Source: the human T2T-CHM13v2.0 reference genome, Homo sapiens. From it: a DNA stretch of 64,000 nucleotides. The DNA lies in the NCBI RefSeq assembly GCF_009914755.1, contig NC_060943.1; one strand, 5' to 3'. The notes below the pieces were generated by a model, which saw nothing but the letters and a program-made list of their open reading frames with translations, had not been told where the DNA came from and searched no databases. Position 1 is the first letter of the stretch. Every line of letters begins with the position of its first letter. A program made the position numbers and the translations under genes. Shown here piece by piece: positions 16,341-34,655 of the stretch.

Positions 16341-16692
16341 CCACACTGGCAGAAAGCTGTGTTCTACTCACTGCTGCCTGTTGGAAAAGAGTTTCTTTCT
16401 CTTGAGCCTCTTGGCCATTTCCAAGGGTAGAGGGAGTTACCCAGGTGCTACGGCTAGGAGGGAGGAACTGGACCTTCTAAGTGCTGTTCACAAGCCTCCT
16501 GTCTCCAGATGTGTACACACTTTCCTCTTTCATGCAGCAAGCTTTGCTGAGGGTGGGATGGGTGGGCGGAATACTGATTGTGGCGAAGTGCTAGGAGGCT
16601 GCAGATACAGACCACTTGCCTCAGAGTCTGTGTGTGTGTGTGGTGGCGGGCGGGGGGACGGGGGTTGGTTTTTTTTTTTTTTTTTTTTTTGA

Positions 16693-16908
<216 letters not shown>

Positions 16909-17849
16909 TGATCCACCCGCCTTATCCTCCCAAAGCACTGGGATTACAGGTGTGAGTGACCATACCCAGCCTGGCCTCAGAGCTTTGAATAATAGGGATG
17001 ATACCTTGATTTCTACCCAACTCCTTGTTTCTTATTCTAAATTCCTAAACGTAGAGGATGAAGTAATGATGAGTCTGTATAAACCCTATAACCCTATGTG
17101 CTGGCCGCTGCCCTCAGGCTGATAGTGCAGGACAAAGATCCCTGTTCTCCTAAAATGTATTACCTTCTAATGAAGGACAAATGCATGAATCGCAGCTGTT
17201 CTCACAGCTAAAATGGCAGGTTCGCAAGAGACTAGGACTATTCTGTTTTTCTAGACTAGCTATCTTTGAGGTCTGAGAAAAACTTTTTTCTGCACTGCTG
17301 GTTTTTCGTCAAGTTTGGGACATGACATACCATGAAAATGTACCCTTCCTACATAGTTTTTCGTTTTGTCTTGTTGTTTGTTTTTAACATTTGTACCACG
17401 GGGAGGGAAGAGCATCAGGAAGGCAACGGACCCGGTCCTGGAGGGCAACCGTGGGGAGTCCCAGGCCCCCACTGCCTGCTGCATCACATCGTGGGTAGGA
17501 CAGGTGGGAGCGCTGTCTCCCTGCTGATCTGGGCTCTTATCTCTATGAGGAAGGACCCTTTCCTCACCCGTGAGTCAAACGATAGAGAATTCACCTCCAC
17601 CTGCCAGCCACGCTGTAGCTGGGGTGTGTGTGGAGCCGCACAAACTCTGATGCTTTGAGCTGCATGGCACAGAACGTCCACCTGAGATCACTGCGTAGAA
17701 GCTTCCTGGGAAGGCAATTCCAGGGTCAGTGAACCCCGCGGGACGCCAGCTCCCTGGTTGAGTTTCCCCTGATGGCCGCTGGGTGGCAGCAGAGCGTCAT
17801 CTTCCCTGAGACCCTCCCGGGAGCAGGGCGGGCTCCTCCCCGCATCCCC

Positions 17850-18050
17850 ACTGTGGATTTTCTCACCGCAGGCACTGCTGACGGTGGGACCGGCCACTTC
17901 CACATCGGGGTCCCGCCTGTGGGCTGTAGGGTGTTCAGTGACGTCCCTGCTTTTACCTGCCAGGTGCCTTCCCTCCCGCAGTTGTGACAACCAAGAAAGT
18001 CTTCAGACACAGCCGGATGTTACCCGGGGCACCAGCCTGAGACCCGCTGG
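17850..18050. mobile_element. MER20 (hAT-Charlie), GC-shifted copy
   Basis: ttctcaccgcaggcactgctgac...gttgtgacaaccaagaaagtcttcagaca. Confidence 0.6.
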
Positions 18051-18519
18051 TCCACGGGAAGCAGGGAGCCCTCCCTCACCAGCACACCCAGCGGCCTCCC
18101 CTTCCCCTCGCCGGACGCGACTGGCTCACAGGAAATCCGTGTCAGCCCTGCTCAGAAGGTATCAGCCACTTGTTGGTTCTATTGGAGGTGACAGCTGCTT
18201 AGCAGACACCCAAGAATGTAGGTTTGTTCTTTAGCTTTATTCCCCATTGTCAAAATGGAATCAACCAAGATTATCTGGAGGCCCAGGTGTAAAATGAAAA
18301 TGTGGGTGCTTTGTTCAAAAATTAAGAATTTCAAGATGACTGTGAGTCACTATACTGAGTGCAAAGCCATTCTGAGCCGGGGTCCTGGATGAATGACCCA
18401 AGCAGCTGGCCTCCATTGCAGCTGACTGGACCAGGAGCTAGCGTTTGAAGAACAGCCAGTCTTTAAGCTGCCTAATGACCTGTAGGCCGCCTGTGACCAA
18501 GGTAAGAGATGAAGTAGGT

Positions 18520-19560
<1,041 letters not shown>

Positions 19561-19790
19561 AAAGCAAAAAATGATGAACCAATATAGTTGCCTCCATCTG
19601 AGATCTGATTCAGAATTCCTGAGGAAATAAAGCAGTTAAAAGGCAGGAAATTAGGCTGGAAATTTATTAGTGAAAGTGGAAGATGTGGTTTGCAGAGTGG
19701 AGAGAGCTCAGGGCTGTACTTTTATGCAGGGGGTGTTATCAGCACAGTATCCAGGGCTTGTGAAGTTTTCATTAGCCTGAAAATATCTTA

Positions 19791-20075
<285 letters not shown>

Positions 20076-20220
20076 TCAACTGGGGAGAGAGCAAGCTTCA
20101 GGTTCCTGAGCCCCACGGCCAATTCTGGTATGGCAGGACCCAGGTGAAGCCTGGGAATATGAATTTTAAAAAGCTTTCCTAAGCCATTCTGATGCAAGTG
20201 CTCTTCAGATCACACTCTCA

Positions 20221-20616
<396 letters not shown>

Positions 20617-20750
20617 TCACTTGACCCCAGGAGGTCAAGGCTGCAGTGAGCCATGATCGCACCACTGCACTCCAGCCAGGGCAACAGAGTGAGATCCTGT
20701 CTCCAAAAAAGAGCCAAACAGCAAATATTTTAGGCTTTGGGGGCCATTTA

Positions 20751-20850
20751 GTCTATTGTAACTGCTCAGCTCTGCTGATACAGGGTAAAAACAAGCATAG
20801 GTCTATTGTAACTGCTCAGCTCTGCCGATACAGGGTAAAAACAAGCATAG
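20751..20850. repeat. 50-bp tandem duplication within MER58A
   Basis: gtctattgtaactgctcagctctgc(t/c)gatacagggtaaaaacaagcatag x2, one mismatch. Confidence 0.9.
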
Positions 20851-20860
20851 AAAATACAAA

Positions 20861-22365
<1,505 letters not shown>

Positions 22366-23360
22366 AGAAAACACAAAAGCAAATGGGTGTGGCTGTGTTC
22401 TCATGAAATTTTATTTTCAGAAACAGGCGGCTGGCTCCATTTGGCCTTTGGGGCATTTTGCTGACCCCTGCTGGAGATGAGGATCTTGCAGACCAGCTTG
22501 TCTGTGTTTCCTGTTTGTCCTGGACTGACTGTTCCTCTGTTACCTGCATTTCTGTAAGGGTTATGAGCTGGGTGCCAGGGATCAGTGGTGCAATCCTGGA
22601 AAGGAGCCTCCTGGCAGCTTGAACGGTTGAGGATACACAGGACCGCTCAGGTTAAGGCCCTAGCCCAACCTCTTGCCAAACCCGCCACACACTGGACCTG
22701 CTTGTCTGTGATAGTAGGTTTTATATATCAACATGCCTGAGCCACGGGGTTCCCAGATTAAGCATTGTTTCTGAGTGTGTCTGGGAGGGTGTTTCTGGTT
22801 GAGATTACTGTTTGAATTCGTGGACTTAGTAATGCAGATTTCCCTCCCTTCTGTGAGTGGACTCATCTCATGAGAGTCTGAATAGAACAAAAAGGTGTAG
22901 AGGGAGTCATTTACCCTGTTTGCTCCCCGCCTGCCTGTTGGAGTGGGGACGCCTATCTTCTCCCGCCCTGGAACTGGGATTTGCACCCTTGGCTCCTCTG
23001 GTTCTCAGGCCTTTGGACTTGGACTGGAACCACCCCACAGGCATTCCTGTTTCTCCAGCCTGCAGACGGCAGATCGTGAGACTCCTCAGCCTCCACAGTC
23101 ATGTGAGACAATTCTCATCATAAACCTCTTTCTCTGTTCTGAGAACTGCATCATCAGTCGTGTGCAAATATCAAGTGTATTTACACAAAACTAGATAATA
23201 CAGCCTACCATACACCTAGGCTATATGGAGAGAAGTGGCATAATCACAGCTCACTGCAGCCTTGAACTACAGGGCTCAAGCCATCCTCCCACCTCAGCCT
23301 CCCAAGCAGCTGGGACTACAGGCATGTGCCACCATGCCCAGCTAATTTAAAAAATAATTA

Positions 23361-23681
<321 letters not shown>

Positions 23682-23684
23682 TAG

Positions 23685-23789
<105 letters not shown>

Positions 23790-24384
23790 TGAGTAGCTGG
23801 GACTACAGGCGCCCACTACCACACCCAGCTAATTTTTGTATTTTTAGTAGAGACGGGGTTTCACTGTGTTAGCCAGGATGGTCTCAATCTCCTGACCTTG
23901 TGATCCGCCCGCCTCGGCCTCCCAAAGTGCTGGGATTACAGATGTGAGCCAGACTCCATCTCAAAAAATAATTGTTATTTTCTGTAGAGATGGACTCTCG
24001 CTGTATTGCACAGGCCGGAGCCTATTTGCTCTTAGAGCCTATTGTTTTTAGGCTAAAACCTGGACAACATGTTACTGTACTGAATACTGTAGGCAACGGT
24101 AACACAACACTAAGTATTTATATATTTAAACGTAGAAAAGTTACAACAAAATACCAAAGAAAATATTTGAAGATGGTATACCTATATGGGGCACTTACCA
24201 TGAATGAAGTTTGTAGACATGGAAGCTGCTCTGGGTGAGTCGGTGTGTGAGTGGTGGGTGAATGTGAAGACTGGGACGTTACTCTACACTGCTGTAGACT
24301 TTATAAACACTGCACACTTAGGCTACCATAATTTATAAAATATTTTTCTTTCTTCAAGAATAAATTAACCTTAGCTTACTGTAA

Positions 24385-24814
<430 letters not shown>

Positions 24815-25045
24815 TGAGGCAGGAGGATCACCCTTAGGAGTTCAAGACCAGCCTGTACAACATAGACCCCACCTCTACAGGAAATAATTATTTTTTAATT
24901 AGCCGGGCATGGTGGCACATGCCTATAGTCCCAGCTACTTGGGAGGCTGAGGTGGGAGGATCGCTTGAGCCCAGTAGTTCAAGACTGCAGTGAGCTATGT
25001 TCATACCATGCTCTCCAGCCTGGACAAGAGAGCCTGACTGTCTCT

Positions 25046-25048
<3 letters not shown>

Positions 25049-25083
<35 letters not shown>
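25049..25083. repeat. (CA)n microsatellite
   Basis: ~17 CA units. Confidence 0.95.
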
Positions 25084-25086
<3 letters not shown>

Positions 25087-26814
25087 TGCACACATGTGCA
25101 TTGTGCAACTGTATAGAAAGATTTTCTTGCTGTACATCCTTATTCTATAATCTTTTTCCTAATTTCTTTAACGTTTTAATTTTTGATTAAGAAAGACACA
25201 CACACACATTAGTCTAGCCTGCACAGAGTCAGGATCGTCAAGATCCTTCTCTTCTAACTCCGTATCTTGTCCCCCTAGAAGGTCTTCAGGGGCAGTGACA
25301 TACATGGGGCTGTCTTCTTCTATGACAACGGTTCTTCTGGGTTCCTCCAGAAGGACCTGCCTGAGGCTGCTCTACAATTAATCGGTTTTTTTTTTTTTTG
25401 TAAGTAGGAGTATGCTCTAAAATAACGTTTAAAAATTATAGTATACCCAGGGGCCGTGGCTGACAATTATAATCCCAGCACTTTGGGAGGCTGAGGCGGG
25501 CAGATCACTTGAGCTCAGGAGCTCAAGACTAGCCTGGGCAACATAGTGAGACCCATCTCTACCAAAAATACAAAAAAATTAGCCGGGTGTGGTGGTATGT
25601 GCCTGTGGTCCCAGCTACTCAGGAGACTGAGGTTGGGGGATCGCTTGAACCTGAGACGCAGAGGCTGCAGTGAGCCAAGATTGCGCCACTGCACTCCAGC
25701 CTGGGTGACAAGGCAAGACTCCATCTCAAAAAAAAAAAAAAGTATAGTAAATACATGAACCAGTAACATAGTCATTTATTACCATTATCAAGTACTAAGT
25801 GCTGTACATAATTATATGTGCAATGGCGTGATCTTGGCTCACTGCAACCTCTGCCTTCCAGGTTGAAGCGATTCTCCTGCCTCAGCCTCCCGAGCAGAAT
25901 AGCTGAGACTACAGGTGTGCACCACCATGCGCGGCTAATTTTTTGTTTGTTAGTTTTGTGTGTTTTTGTTGTTGTTGTTTTTTGAGACAGAATCTTGCTC
26001 TGTCTCCTAGGCTGGAGTGCAGTGACAGGATCTCAGCTCATTGCAGTCTCTGCCTCCTGGGTTCAAGCAATCCTGCCTCAGCCTCCTGAGTAGCTGGGAT
26101 TACAGGCACGTGCCACCATGCCCAGCTAATTTTTTTATCTTTGGTAGAGATGGGGTTTCACCATGTTGGTCAGGCTGGTCTCGAACTCCTGACCTCAGGT
26201 GATCCGTCTGCCTCAGCCTCCCAAAGTGCTGGGATTACAGGTGTGAGCCACCATGCCCAGCTAATTTTTTTATTTTTAGTAGAGACGGGATTTCACCTTG
26301 TTGGTCAGGCTGGTATGTGCCCAACTTTTATACCATTGGCAGCACAGTTGGCCTGTTTACCACATCACCACACGCATGTGAGTTGTGCATTGCACTGTGA
26401 TGTTACAAGGCCTATGACAGCACCAGGTCGAAGACATTTTCCAGCAGCATAATCTTATGCGACCATCATGGTCCGTGCAGCCCATTGTTTGGAATGTCAT
26501 GCAGCACATGACTACACGCACACATACAGAATATTGATTCTGCTTCTCGAAGAACCCTAATGCATTTTCCACACTGGCAGATTGTCTGTCTTCTAAGCTA
26601 CAGCAGCAACCAAATATCATGAATGCTTTTTGGGTTCCTAACTCTAGTTGGGAGTCCCAAGTGACTTACTGTGGTTAAGCCCCCAGAATGAGTTGTCAAG
26701 GTTCAGGCTCTGTTGATGATGAGGAAGAAGAACCAGGACCACCTACCAGTTACCTCTATTTGACAGTCACTTGGCTCAGTTCTTTGGCTTGGGGGTGTGT
26801 GTGTGTGTGTTTGA

Positions 26815-27408
<594 letters not shown>

Positions 27409-27484
27409 TAAGCTCCTCCTGTGTGGAATGCTGAAGAAATCACCACCCTTGATGCAAAACGAGGCCTGTCTCAAATCAGCTTGT

Positions 27485-27680
27485 GGTGACTGAGGCAAAG
27501 GTGGGAATGGGGAGTGACTGTCTAATGGATACAAGGTCTCCTTTTTGGATGACAAAAATGTTTTGGAACTAGACAGAAATGATGGTTCTACAACACTGTA
27601 AATGTACCAAATGCTAACTGAATTGTGCACTTTAAAATGGGTTCATTTTGTTATGTGACTTTTACCAGATGAACAAAAAC
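27485..27680 (+). mobile_element. L1MB 3' fragment
   Basis: gggaatggggagtgactgtctaatggatacaagg...aatgttttggaactaga...gaattgtgcactttaaaatgg. Confidence 0.8.
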
Positions 27681-28319
27681 ACTGTCTATCTAACACAGAT
27701 CCATGCCTTTACATGGTATGTTATATAATAACACTTTACCGTCCTTTATCCAGGACCACGACTTCATTTCACAGACACTGCAGTTCTCAAGAATCCAGGT
27801 GGTGGCAGCAGAGAGCTGAGAGAAACCAGCACTTCCCTACCGGCCCTAAGGAAGGTCCGGAATAAGAATATTGACCTTGCCCAGTTGCAGTGAGCATTTC
27901 TGTATTGCACCAGTCACAGTGGCGAATGCAGCTAAGGAGAGGCAGGTAGATGGAGCCACAGAACCAGATGTGGTCTGGGCAGTGTTTCATCCCACCAGGA
28001 ATGACAGTGCATCTGCAGCTCCCAGAGGGCTCTCTGACACCCTACCTCCAACTGTGAGCAATCATCTTTACCTCCTCATCCAGAGGAAGGAGGCCAGCGG
28101 GATGCAGAGCCTCAGCAGCTTCAGCCCAGGCTCAGGGCTGAAGTGGAGAAGCATCCAGGCCAGTTCTGGCATTGGTGGAACCAGCTGGGCCGGGGGTTGC
28201 CCCAGGTAAAAGGAACAGGACCCATCACTGAGACCACAGGACAGAGAACACTGAGAATATAGACTCAGGTGAGATGCACGGTTGAGGCTCGTTTGGTTTC
28301 TGAGAACCAGCATGTTGGA

Positions 28320-28682
28320 TTATACCCAGAATAACTAATCCTTTGCCCAATTTTCCCATTTTCCCTCCCAGACACAAAATAGGACTTACTTTCCGGCTCC
28401 CTGAAAGCCGGGCATGGCCATGTGCCTTGCTGTGGGGGATGAACCCAGAGCAGAAGAAGCGTGTGTCGCTTCTGGCTAGAGACTTCAAGAGCAGTACACG
28501 ATTTGCCAAGTCTCTCTGCCTGGCCACGGCAAATGGTGAGTCCCAGAGAGTTGACAACGTGGAGCAGAGCTCCCCGCAACCCATGGCAGGCACGGAACAC
28601 AAACAAGATAAAATGTTGAGTGTTGTGAGCCCCTGACATGGGGGCTGTTTGCTTGCAGCATAACCGGTCCTATCCTGACACA
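28320..28682 (+). mobile_element. MaLR LTR (MLT1J-like)
   Basis: ggcatggccatgtg...tgttgtgagcccctgacatggggg...gcagcataacc...tatcctgaca. Confidence 0.6.
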
Positions 28683-28997
28683 CGCTTGGGGTTGGGGGTC
28701 ACAAACTCAAATGCCAGGCAGGCGATGTGAGGGACCACGTGGGAAAGAGTGGGTGAGGACTTGTTCAAACACAGGTGACAGGCTGGGTGTAGCGGCTCAC
28801 GCCTGTGATCCCAGCCCTTTGGGAGGCCGAGGCGGGCAGATCACCTGAGGTCAGAAGTTCGAGACCAGCCTGGCCAACATGGCGAAACCTCATCTCTACT
28901 AAAAATACAAAAATTAGGCCAGATGCAGTGGCTCACACCTGTAATCCTAGCACTTTGGGAGGCTGAGGTGGGCGGATCACCTGAAGTCAGGAGTTCA

Positions 28998-29196
<199 letters not shown>

Positions 29197-29224
29197 TCAA
29201 AAATAAAAATTTAAATTAAGGCAG

Positions 29225-29436
29225 ATGCCGGGCTGTTTACCAGTCCAGCTTTTCTGTACCTCACCTCCGATTTCTGTACATCTTTCCCTTTTTTATGTCT
29301 ACAGATCTTGCACCACATGGTCGCGCTGGAGTCTCTGTGAATCGGCTGTGATTCTGGGGGCTGCGTGATTCGCGAATCATTCATTGCTCCATTAAACTCC
29401 TTTAAATTTAATTCGGCTGAAGTTTTTCTTTTATCA
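29225..29436 (+). mobile_element. MER51-type ERV1 LTR 3' part
   Basis: gctgtgattctgggggctgc...attcgcgaatcattcattgctccattaaactcctttaaatttaattcggctgaagtttttcttttatca. Confidence 0.75.
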
Positions 29437-29439
29437 GAG

Positions 29440-29672
29440 AGGAGACATGTGAGACATGTTCCTTCTCTCTCTGCCCAATTTTCCTGTTTTCCTTCCCAGG
29501 AGGACACAGGGAGAAGACCACCGTCCGCACGCTGGGAAGCAGCCCTCACCAGACACCAGACATGCCAGCACCCTGATCTTGGACTTCCATCCTCCAGAAC
29601 TGTGAGAAATTAGTGTCTGTTGTTTAAGACACACACACTACGTATTCTCTTAGAGCAGCCTGAACAGACTAA
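29440..29672 (+). mobile_element. MST/MLT1A-type MaLR LTR 3' part
   Basis: ccctcaccagacacc...ccctgatcttggacttccatcctccagaactgtgagaaat...gcagcctgaacagactaag. Confidence 0.75.
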
Positions 29673-29673
29673 G

Positions 29674-29860
29674 CAGGGGTGTCCAAGGTAGAGAATACAG
29701 TCATAGGTTCTCAGTTTCTGTTTGCGGTTGGACCAGTAAAGACCCTTCCTCATCCCTCTTTTCCACTTATCACTAGAGACAGAAACTAAAATCCATGATT
29801 TCAGGCTGCTAAAAGCCTAAAACAGAACAGCAACAAAATAAGGTGGGTTGGACGAGCTTG
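29674..29860. mobile_element. Short hAT MITE (MER107-like)
   Basis: caggggtgtccaag ... ttggacgagcttg termini; cttatcactagagacagaaactaaaa core. Confidence 0.65.
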
Positions 29861-30433
29861 GTCTACAGCAGTATGTTTTATTTGGTTCTCATGGAGGTAT
29901 TCCACTGTTTTTCTTTCAACATACTGTTGCTGGCTTGAATCATGGAGATATTAAGGAAGAAAGTCTAATAATTATGATGTTACATGTTACTAAATCTGTC
30001 TTGCCAGCTTCTCTATTTAAAAAAATATATATATCAGGCCAGGTGCGGTGGCTCACGCCTATAATCCCAGCACTTTGGGAGACTGACGGGGGCAGATCAC
30101 TTGAAGCCAAGAGTTTGAGACCAGCCTGGCCAACATGGTAAAACCCCATCTCCAAGAAAAATAAAAATTAGCCAGGGTGGTGGCGCACACGTGTGGTCCC
30201 AGCTACTCAGGAGGCTGAGGCACAAGAATCACTTGAACCTGGGAGGTGGAGGTTGCAGTGAGCCAAGATCATGCCACTGCACTGCAGTGTGGGTGACAGA
30301 GCAAGACTCTGCCTCAAGAAAAAATAAATAAAAAATGAAGGCCGGGCGCGGTGGCTCACGCCTGTAATCCCAGCACTTCGAGAGGCCGAGATGGGCAGAT
30401 CACGAGGTCAAGAGATCAAGACCATCCTGGCTA

Positions 30434-30713
<280 letters not shown>

Positions 30714-31029
30714 CTACAGTGCTCTGGTTTCCCCACTCTACCATCTCACACTGGCTCCCTTATTAGCCTGGTGCTCTCTCCAGCCCCGTAGGATGCACTT
30801 GTAACCCCGAATCCACCCCATGCACGGAGCTGGATGGTTTGGGCACAACTCCCTCTTTTGGCTTTAGTTGAAACACTCATTCCAGGCTCTTGGTTTTACA
30901 AATGAGAAAATGGGGTTTAGCAAAGAGAAATGAGTTTTCAAACCAGAGGCCAGTGGTTAGGCTGTGCAGCCACCTCTGCTCTCCTCCCCTCCCTGTGTCA
31001 GCAGGGATATTCCGGAGCCTGGTCTGAAA

Positions 31030-31572
31030 CTGCTGAGCTCGAAGGGCTTGGATCCAACAGTGCTGATCATGACCACGGAGGTATGGCCTGGTCACTAGGG
31101 AGAGAGCTGAGCTCGAGGGGCTTGTGTCCAACAGTGCTGATGACCACAGCGGTGTGTCCTGGTCACTGGGAGCGGCTGGGCTCGAGGGGCTGGTGTCTTA
31201 ACAGTGCTGATCATGACCACAGCGGTGTGTCCTGGTCACTGGGAGCGGCTGGGCTCGAGGGGCTGGTGTCTTAACAGTGCTGATGACCACAGCGGTGTGT
31301 CCTGGTCACTGGGAGCGGCTGGGCTCGAGGGGCTTGTGTCCAACAGTGCTGATGACCACAGCGGTGTGGCCTGGTCACTGGGAGCGGCTGGGCTCGAGGG
31401 GCTTGTGTCCAACAGTGCTGATGACCACAGCGGTGTGTCCTGGTCACTGGGAGCGGCTGGGCTCGAGGGGCTTGTGTCCAACAGTGCTGATGACCACAGC
31501 GGTGTGTCCTGGTCACTGGGAGCGGCTGGGCTCGAGGGGCTGGTGTCTTAACAGTGCTGATCATGACCACAG
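31030..31572. repeat. 69-73 bp minisatellite, ~7.5 copies
   Basis: Unit aacagtgctgatgaccacagcggtgtgtcctggtcactgggagcggctgggctcgaggggcttgtgtcc; starts at 31342, 31411, 31480. Confidence 0.95.
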
Positions 31573-31580
31573 ATGGGACA

Positions 31581-31599
31581 TGGTCACAAGGGGGCGCCA
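31581..31599 (+). promoter_or_regulatory. Candidate CTCF site
   Basis: tggtcacaagggggcgcca vs consensus TGGCCACCAGGGGGCGCTA (16/19). Confidence 0.45.
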
Positions 31600-33199
31600 C
31601 ATCCCACTTTCCTACCCTAACCGCCTCCTCCCCCCTCAACTTTCTTCCAGCTGGGGCGCTTTGCATTTGTGGCTATTGGTGCGTGTGAACAAGCGCTCCT
31701 TGCGCCCCACAGGGCCTCTCCCCTGCTGTGGCGCCGCCTGGACCACGCTTCCTGAACTGCCCTTGGAAGTTCTCCTCTTTCCTCGCGGCTCAGCTTCTCC
31801 GTCCACTTACTCGCCCGTGTTTATCGGGCACGCACTTCCTGCCAGTGGCTCTGCTAAGCAAGGGGACACGGCGGTGACCTCGACAGGCACAATCTCTGCC
31901 CTCACGGGGAGTGGGAGTGGTTGCGGGGGGGGACACACACAGATGATGACTGAAGAGACAAAAAGAGACCCCTGGGGGTGAGACATGGAGGAAGTCCTGG
32001 GCATGGGCAGGTGTGACAGGCAGCTGTGTGGGAGGCGGGTCCCAGGGGAGTGAGATCCAGACAGACCTGGGCAAGAGGAAGGGGACCCTCCACCCAGCTC
32101 ACTTCCTGCTCTGAAGGCCGCAGTCTGTATCCCTGAGGGCAGGGACTAGCGTGTCTGCCCCGCTGCATCCCCAGTGCCTGGAGCGGACGACGAGTCGAGG
32201 GTGACTCCACCAGGCGGCTACGGTGTCAAAGCAGCTCCGGCGTGGGGTCCGACTGTCCTGAGTTTGAATCGGGTTCTCCATTTACTGAGCGTGTGATCTA
32301 AAGTGAGTGGCTTCACTTCTCTGAGCTGGCTGGCTTCTCTGTGACCAGCGACATCCAGCCATGTCTAAACAGTGTGGGCAAAGCCAGGCAGCTGAAACCA
32401 ACTTTGCTGTGTCTTGTTTTAAGTCCTGGAGAAGTCCCTTCCCTCTGAGCCTGCTTTCCCGTCTGTAGAGTGGAGGGTTAAAAGAGGTTGTTTTGTTTTG
32501 TTTTGTTCTGTTTTGTTTTTTGAGATGGAGTCTCACTCTTTTGCCCAGGCCGGAGCGCGGTGGCACTATCTCGAATCACTGCAACCTGTGCCTCCCGGAT
32601 TCAAGCAATTTCCTGCCTCAGCCTCCCGAGTAGCTGGGATTACAGGCGCCCACCCCCACGCCCAGCTAATTTTCATATTTGTAGTAGAGACGGGGTTTCG
32701 TCATGTTGGCCAGGCTGGTCTCAAACTCCTGACCTCAAGTGATCGGCCCGCCTTGGCCTCCCAAAGTGCTGGGATTACAGGCGTGAGCCACCACGCCCGG
32801 TCTAAACAAGGTATTAGTGAAGCACCTGACACACAGTGGTGCACATTGAACCGTCACCTTGCTCCCCAGGGTCCCAGCTATCAGCCATATCCAAGCCCTC
32901 ACTGCGGAGAGTAGATAGGAGACAGTCACTTCATACATTCTTGGGGACATGATAAGCGTCTGACCTCTGGGGAGGGTGATACAGCTGGATCTGTTGGGAT
33001 CCAAACGCACATTCCCCTTCATCTTACAGTTCCTGTCAGGACAAGCAGCACAGGGTATGGGTCGGATTTGGTCCGATTCTTCCTGCTGCATTGGTACAGT
33101 AGCAGAAGACTAGAAACAGGCAGACTGCACGTCAGTCAGGAATTAAACACTGTGTCTGCACAAAGGAACGCTTTGAAAGTGTTTTTTAAAATAAGAAAT

Positions 33200-33645
33200 G
33201 TAGATAGGGCTCTTTGGAACAATCATAGGTAGATACATAAATAGGTATAGTTGATAGATACATAGATAGCTAAAGATAGATGACAGATAACAGATAGAGT
33301 ACACAAATAGATTATTGAGAGATAATAGATGGTGAAGATAGGAAGATCACAGATATGTACTATGGAGGTAGATGATAAATTGATACATATCTATGTAAGT
33401 AGATAACAGATGATATACATGTATGATATAGATTATAGATGATAGACACATGGATGGTGTAATGATAATAGATGACAGATGACTGATACATAAAAGCTAC
33501 ATATAGATGACAGATATAGATAATTGATGCATAGAGGGAATAATAGAAGACAATGGATTGGTATATAAATGATAATATATGTAGATAGATGATGTATAGT
33601 GGATATATACATGATACATGATGATGATAGAGATACATATGTAAG
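33200..33645. repeat. Degenerate (GATA/TAGA)n simple repeat
   Basis: Repeated tagata/gatag/gatgat. Confidence 0.85.
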
Positions 33646-33840
33646 GGGCAGAATAATATGCAAGGAATGCTTTCATTTGATAAATTTATTTTATTTATTT
33701 ATTGAGACAGAGTTTCGCTCTTGTTGCCCAGGCTGGAGCACACTTGTTTGTGTTTATTTATTTTAGTTTTTGAGACAGAGTTTCACTCTTGTTGCCCAGG
33801 CTGGAGCACATTTGTTTGTTTGTGTTTGTTTATTTATTGA

Positions 33841-34137
<297 letters not shown>

Positions 34138-34612
34138 TAAACCCACTTGTAGATTCACTGAGTATTTCAAGGGATAATGCAGGAAGAAGAATGAGGAATT
34201 TGGGAGTTGAGATTTGGTAAGTAATCTCTTCCTCAAAGTATCCATTACTTTTTTTAAAAAAATCTTATTTGTGACCAAACATCAATTGCTGATCCAAATC
34301 CCCCTGCCAGAGTCCCCACCAGCCTGAATGAGGCTGTCCGTCCACAGTCTACTTGCTGTCATGGCTAGTGGCCACCCCACTTCACAAGCATCCCATAAGG
34401 TACAGATAGACTGATCTAAGTGTTGGCATTAGATTCTGACTATTAAGCTCTGCTACTTATCAGCTGTGAGAGCCTGGAGGACTATTTAACCTCCCCAAAG
34501 CCTCTGTTCCCTTATCTGTAAAATGGGAACAATACCCTCTTCGAACTGATCGGGAGGCGTTAAAAGGGAACGCGTATGGATTAAACTGAGCTCCATCATC
34601 CCAGACTCAGCT

Positions 34613-34655
34613 GTGGGGGTGGGGGTGGGGGGTGGGGTGGTGGGGGGGGGGGGGG
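34613..34655 (+). other. G-quadruplex-forming G tract
   Basis: gtgggggtgggggtggggggtggggtggt followed by a G14 run. Confidence 0.75.

Noticed and set aside
31125-31495. REST/RE1-like TCAGCAC...GGACA on the - strand of the VNTR unit
   Set aside because: Half-site spacing is one nt too long and the right half lacks GCGCC
30930-31981. Repetitive ORFs over the 69-bp VNTR
   Set aside because: Period divisible by 3 with no stops; no coding evidence
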